A DNA stretch of 63,719 nucleotides, counting the filler, from Aduncisulcus paluster (lineage: Eukaryota), in NCBI GenBank assembly GCA_024181965.1. It is 23 parts of 23 records of this genome, joined end to end, with 100 filler letters (N's around TTAATTAATTAA, not from the genome) between each part and the next. Parts side by side here need not be neighbours in the genome. Positions count along the whole stretch, not along the records: positions 58,626 to 60,356 come from BQXS01012078.1; positions 60,457 to 62,065 come from BQXS01012079.1; positions 62,166 to 63,719 come from BQXS01012082.1; 20 more parts are not named here. The stretch is one strand, 5' to 3'. The position numbers were made by a program, and so were the translations under genes. Positions 58,626 to 63,719 of the stretch are shown one piece after another. Numbering within the stretch: position 1 is the stretch's first letter; the number at the start of each line of letters is the position of its first letter. The notes under the pieces are model-generated. The model was not told where the DNA came from. It made no database searches and was given only the letters and a program-made list of their open reading frames with translations.

Positions 58626-60356
58626 CATACGTTGAACGGCACCAAGTACCAGACCATCCACATGAACCCCAAGTCATTCACAGCCACACAGATGTTCGGT
58701 GCCCTTGGTCCCAGTGGAGACTGGACCGATGGTATCTTCTCATCCACGTTCAGACGTGCATGCAAACGTGAGGATGACCACATCTGGCTTGTTCTTGATG
58801 GTCCCATTGATACCATTTGGATTGAGTCCCTTAACACGTGTCTTGACGATAACAAGCTTCTTACTCTTGCCAACAGTGATCGTATCCCCATGTCCCGTTA
58901 CTTGAAGCTTGTGTTCGAGATTGATTCCCTTGATAACGCCTCTCCCGCTACCGTTTCTCGTGCCGGTATCATTTACATGTCTGACAAACTTCTCGGATGG
59001 AAGCCTGTGTTGAAAGCTTGGATCAAGGAAAGAACTGCCACTCAAGCCGCTGTGTTTGAGCCCTTGTTCATGGACCTGTTGGATGAGTTACAGAAGTATG
59101 TTGAGATTGATTTGACTCCCATGATGGACATTCCCTTCATGAGTCCTGCCGTGACATTGATGAACATCCTTGAAACATTGCTTCCCAAGAATGATCCCAC
59201 CATGAAGGCCAAAGATATCATTGAGTTCTCAGAGATTCATCTGAAACGTATCTTCTCCTTTGCCGCTTTCTGGGCGTTCGGGTCCCTTCTTGAGTGGACT
59301 GACCGTAAGGCCTTCACTGAGCGTGTTCTTGGCGATGCTGGCTGGAACACTCCCCCTGTCAATGTAGCCAAGGAAGAGACTGTGTTTGATTACTTTGTCA
59401 ATGACAATGGAGAGTGGCGTCACTGGAATGAGAAGGTTGACCACTACGAGTATCCTTCCGAAGGTGACGAGCCCGATTTCTCGAGTATTCTTATTCCCAC
59501 GGTGGATAACACCCGTGTCCACTTCCTGCTTGAAAAGCTTGTTTTGAATGGTTTCCCTGTACTTCTGCTGGGAGAGAGTGGTACCGCCAAGACCGTGTCC
59601 ATCCTGTCCTATCTTGAGAGTCAGCCCGAAGACGTTGTCACTCGTCGTGTCAACTTCTCGTCCGCCACAACACACAACATCTTCCAGAACAACATTGAGG
59701 AGTTTGTTGAGAAGAGGATGGGTAACAACTATGGTCCTCCTGCAGGGAAGCGTGGAATCATCTTCGTTGATGACTTTAACATGGTTGAGGTGAACGAATG
59801 GGGAGACATGCCCACGAACGAGATTGTGCGTCAGTTGATTGAGTCTCGTATGTTGTACTCTCTGGAAAAACCCGGAGATTGGTTCAAGCTCGATGATTTG
59901 TTCTTCGTTGCTGCCATGCAACACCCTGGAGGAGGTCGTAACGATATCCCACGTCGTCTGAAGCGTCAGTTCTCTGTGTTCAATGTAACTCTGCCTTCTG
60001 CTACCAGTGTTGACCACATTTACGGAACCATCATTGAAGGACACTTCAGCGAGGAACGTGGCTTCTCTGGCGATGTCGTTGACATGAGCAAGAAACTGAC
60101 CTCCTTGATGCGTCTCGTTTGGTCTTCCACGAAGGCCAAGATGCTCCCAACCCCCGCTAAGCTGCATTATATCTTCAACTTGAGAGACTTGAGTCGTATC
60201 ACCCAAGGTATCTTGCGTTCCACACCTGAGAAGGTCAATGATGCCGTGCAATTGTTACAGTTGTGGCGTCATGAATGTTGCCGTGTTCTCCCTGACAAGT
60301 TCACCAACCAGCAAGATACGACATGGTTTGACAACCGTGTTCTTGAGACCCTTCAA
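58626..60356 (+). CDS. Axonemal outer-arm dynein heavy chain (gamma/DNAH5-8 type), AAA2-AAA3 fragment
   Basis: MNPK..QMFG..DWTDGIFS, LDGPID..WIESLN..LDDNK, GESGTAKT, HPGGGRNDIPRRLKRQF, HYIFNLRDLSR. Confidence 0.95.
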
Positions 60357-60456
60357 NNNNNNNNNNNNNNNNNNNNNNNNNNNNNNNNNNNNNNNNNNNN
60401 TTAATTAATTAANNNNNNNNNNNNNNNNNNNNNNNNNNNNNNNNNNNNNNNNNNNN

Positions 60457-60705
60457 TGACTAACATAAAATTTACGCAAAATACTTGGCTTTGCAAAAGG
60501 AAGGAATAGATTAGGACAGAAACAGATAGAACTCTTTCCTTGAAGGAATTCAGCGAATTCATCTCGGTTGCAATCACTAAGACAATCCTTAAGAGCGGTT
60601 TCAGACACATCAATTTCAGAAAGATCGCAGTGTCCAACAGGATAGGGCCCTTTATAAATATTAGAATAGTCATACCCGTCATCAGCAGCAATTTTACCAA
60701 TTATT
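60457..60705 (-). CDS. Fragment of the same lineage-specific repeat-domain family
   Basis: FLQGKSSICFCPNLFLPFAKPSILRKFYV parallels MLKGGEFVVFSDLYIPFSSPSTMKGAYI. Confidence 0.45.
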
Positions 60706-61005
60706 CTCATTTTTTTTTTGATATTTTCTTCCAAAAGGCAATACAAATCTACAAAAAGATAACCAAAGAATGTAACAAAAACCTCTATATCGTGGAGCAT
60801 AATTTGACAAGAGGAAATCATACACAATCGGAGAAATAAAAATACAAAATAACACAATCAAATCGGAAATACAATTATTTTCTCTTCAAAAATCTTCTAT
60901 AATGATCTAATTCCAATGAATTCTTATTTTTTCCGAACTACTGAAAAACAAACAAATATATACAAAATAAAAATTAAATTAATTTTTTTTTACTTTTATT
61001 AAATA

Positions 61006-61896
61006 TTAAAAATCATTATGCAACCATAACAGCTCATCTATAAGAGGTGTTGCAGGAAAGAAAAGACTTCTGGTAGCTCCAACAACATGGGGTGCAGATG
61101 GAGCAATAAAATGTCCGATATTAGAAAATCTTTTAACACTTCTTCTCACATCATATGCGTCAATGTGTGAGACTGTCTTGACAATCTTACAAGGAGCAAC
61201 TTGGCAAGCCAAATGTAAATCGGATCTATAAAAATCATCATAAAACGTAAGATCTGATTTTACAAGAGAAGCAGGAGAAGAACTGGAAGATTTTGACAAT
61301 GAAGATATAGTTTGTTGAGAATTACGAGATTGATTGGATTTTGTGAGCAATTGAACTTGACCTAACTTCAAGGGTGTTTGTGAAGAAGAAGAAGAAGAAG
61401 AGGAAGATAATATTTTTTGACGCTTATTTTGGACATCTTGAGAAACTTTGGCCACATCTTCTATCAAATTTCCAAGCAATACAAGGTCATAATCGACAGC
61501 TTTTCCATCCCATTGATTTATCGAAATAACTTTAGTGCCATCAGAAAACAATGAAGTGGGCGTAATCCGATTCAACAATTGCTTTTTCTGACGTTGTATT
61601 TTTTTCATAAATTGGGCTTCGTTTGAAAATGATTTAAATCCACATTTTCCAAGCAGATTTCCAGTGACTTTGGACAAAACACTTCCAAGACCGACTATAT
61701 TTTTACCCATGAATCCCCATAATCGTCCAATGGAAGATTCTTTCATATTATCGTAAAAACCGGTTGTTGTGACACCAATCACAGTGCCAGCCGAAGCTTC
61801 TGCTTTCCGACCCAATTTAGTTCCAGCATTCGCAGCAATCACAGCACAGCCCCTGTTATTTCCTGGAATTCCCCCAAATAAACCATAACGGGGCAC
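61006..61896 (-). CDS. Hypothetical protein, C-terminal part
   Basis: 296-aa ORF with Ser-rich linker; no motif recognised. Confidence 0.55.
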   Translation of the reverse strand: MPRYGLFGGIPGNNRGCAVIAANAGTKLGRKAEASAGTVIGVTTTGFYDNMKESSIGRLWGFMGKNIVGLGSVLSKVTGNLLGKCGFKSFSNEAQFMKKIQRQKKQLLNRITPTSLFSDGTKVISINQWDGKAVDYDLVLLGNLIEDVAKVSQDVQNKRQKILSSSSSSSSSQTPLKLGQVQLLTKSNQSRNSQQTISSLSKSSSSSPASLVKSDLTFYDDFYRSDLHLACQVAPCKIVKTVSHIDAYDVRRSVKRFSNIGHFIAPSAPHVVGATRSLFFPATPLIDELLWLHNDF

Positions 61897-63506
61897 AAGA
61901 ATACGACTGCTTCGAAGGGCATGTTTAACACATATTTTCTCAGGATCGAGAGAGGCGAGAGTTCTGGTTCCAACAATATGAGGTCTAGCAGTGGCAAGAA
62001 CTATTTCACAATAGCGAGATATCCGTTTTATAAAATCTTCCGCGCCAGGACGGGTGATTACCTGTNNNNNNNNNNNNNNNNNNNNNNNNNNNNNNNNNNN
62101 NNNNNNNNNTTAATTAATTAANNNNNNNNNNNNNNNNNNNNNNNNNNNNNNNNNNNNNNNNNNNNTCAAGACCAACAGGTTCTCACATTTCTTGGCAAGG
62201 GCTGGGAAAGCAATTGGAGTGGGGCTTGCCTCCTCTTATTTGGCTTACCTGGGCTACGCTGAGAAGCACAAGCTGAGTCTTGGAGCATTATGGTAATCCT
62301 TAGAATTACAACTTAATTCTTTCACAAACCAAATGTTTGACAAATAAGGCTATGAATATAAACTCCAACCCACCCGAACATAATCATCATCCCACAGCAA
62401 CCAATTTCAGTCCCACCCTAATGACCCGTCACAAACTTTCCTAATATATACTTTATTCCGCATTGGGTGATTTGGAACAATACGAACACCATAAATCTTT
62501 ATTAGAATATGCTAATCACAATTGAATAAACCCCCCCGAGTCAAATATGTCCATTTGGCTCGATTTTTTTCTGACCAAAATCTATTTTTAGAAATTCTAA
62601 AAATAGAATCCTAAAATGTTTTTCTGCGGGTTTTCATGATTTCGTTGAAGTTTTGTGCCCTATTATGAGGATGATTGACAGACATGTTTTGAAGAAAAAG
62701 TAGAAAAGGGAGAGGATGTTATTGAACAGGAAATGCACTGGAAAAGGTTGATTACACTTTAATCTCACACTTGAAATCGTGATAAGCTTGCAACTACATT
62801 AATCTTAATAATTCTACCTCCAAGACGAATAAAAGATGAACAAATGACAAGCACAACTTGATTGAAAAGAATCTTTTCAAAATTGTTGAGATTTCAGATT
62901 TCTTGGACCCCAAAGTTTTACAAAAGCAGACCATTTTTACTTTTTTAAATGGAATGTGACAATCCCAAAACTAGCTGAAACTTGGAGAGATTCTTCAAGA
63001 ACAATCAATCCAGGCTCAAATATCAAATATCAAGAAAAAAGAATGATTATAACATTTCCCTAAGATATCCTAGCATGAGTGAGCCAAAATAATTTCCAAA
63101 TATTCACCGAAATAAAGCATTCAACCGAATTCAACCAGAAATACTTCAAACCTCAATCAGTAAAAGCTACACTATACCGAAAATAAACAACGATTTCTCT
63201 CAAATCATCCAATTCACACGACATATAGAAAATGAAATTCTAAAAATAGATTTTCTAAAAATAGATTTTTCATTTTTCACTTGTTCTTTTTCTTTCAAAA
63301 TCACCTTCTTTTTAATTCTTTTTTTCAAATCCCAAGCCTTCAAGCTGCTCCAAATATGAAAAACAATTGAGTGTTGATATATCATCCTCTTGTATTTGTC
63401 AGAATAGTACAGTATAGAACAGTATAGAACAGTATTGTATTCATCTGTTGAAAAGTATAATCGGAGCTTTGACATTTGTTGTTCATTCAATGAATTGAAC
63501 TTCCAT

Positions 63507-63719
63507 CTAAGACTTAAACTCAAGCCCATTAACGATTGAACATCCACAGTCCAAAGCAGACCATATTCCTTTTCCTCTGATTTCACACGAGACAACATTG
63601 GACAGATCGATCAGAAAAAAATACATTTCCAACCATAGAGTGGGTTGAACACACTGATATCTCTTGACAGACACCGATTCGTTTCTTGCATACACACTAT
63701 CCAAATCTATAATACAAAT
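63507..63719 (-). CDS. C-terminal fragment of the lineage-specific repeat-domain family
   Basis: KRYQC..YFFLIDLSNVVSCEIRGKGIW parallels WHFLPIDLPNVISCEIEGKGTW. Confidence 0.65.
   Translation of the reverse strand: MCIIDLDSVYARNESVSVKRYQCVQPTLWLEMYFFLIDLSNVVSCEIRGKGIWSALDCGCSIVNGLEFKS

Noticed and set aside
59229..60251. 340-aa antisense ORF over dynein (also antisense ORFs over RPL11 and others)
   Set aside because: Shadow ORFs caused by strong codon bias of the sense gene.

Overview
This is not one locus. It is about 23 short draft-assembly contigs joined by an artificial N-TTAATTAATTAA-N linker, so gene neighbourhoods only have meaning within a contig. Most contigs come from an intron-poor, gene-dense flagellated protist using the standard genetic code. 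Axonemal dynein, expanded LRR/EGF surface proteins and a lineage-specific repeated-domain family suggest a free-living fornicate such as Aduncisulcus (inference). One contig (57244-58525) looks bacterial. Recognisable genes include myotubularin, RPL11, a U-box E4 ligase, an Ap4A phosphorylase, Sua5 (disrupted), a SET protein, two RING-H2 proteins, two HAD hydrolases, Pol III C34 (with an intron) and an outer-arm dynein heavy chain. The most interesting signals are: (i) chromodomain Ty3/gypsy elements with very short LTRs whose 3' ends lie in or next to tRNA sequences, one fused inside an initiator tRNA-Met gene; (ii) a CRE/R2-like RLE non-LTR fragment whose 87-bp 3' end recurs with a poly(A) tail right behind a HAD gene; (iii) an Ap4A phosphorylase with HxHxH in place of HxHxQ; (iv) a 939-bp in-frame tandem array of a membrane protein separated only by single TAG codons; (v) a recurrent TCTAAAAATAGA motif. 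All calls come from reading the sequence by eye; no searches were run.
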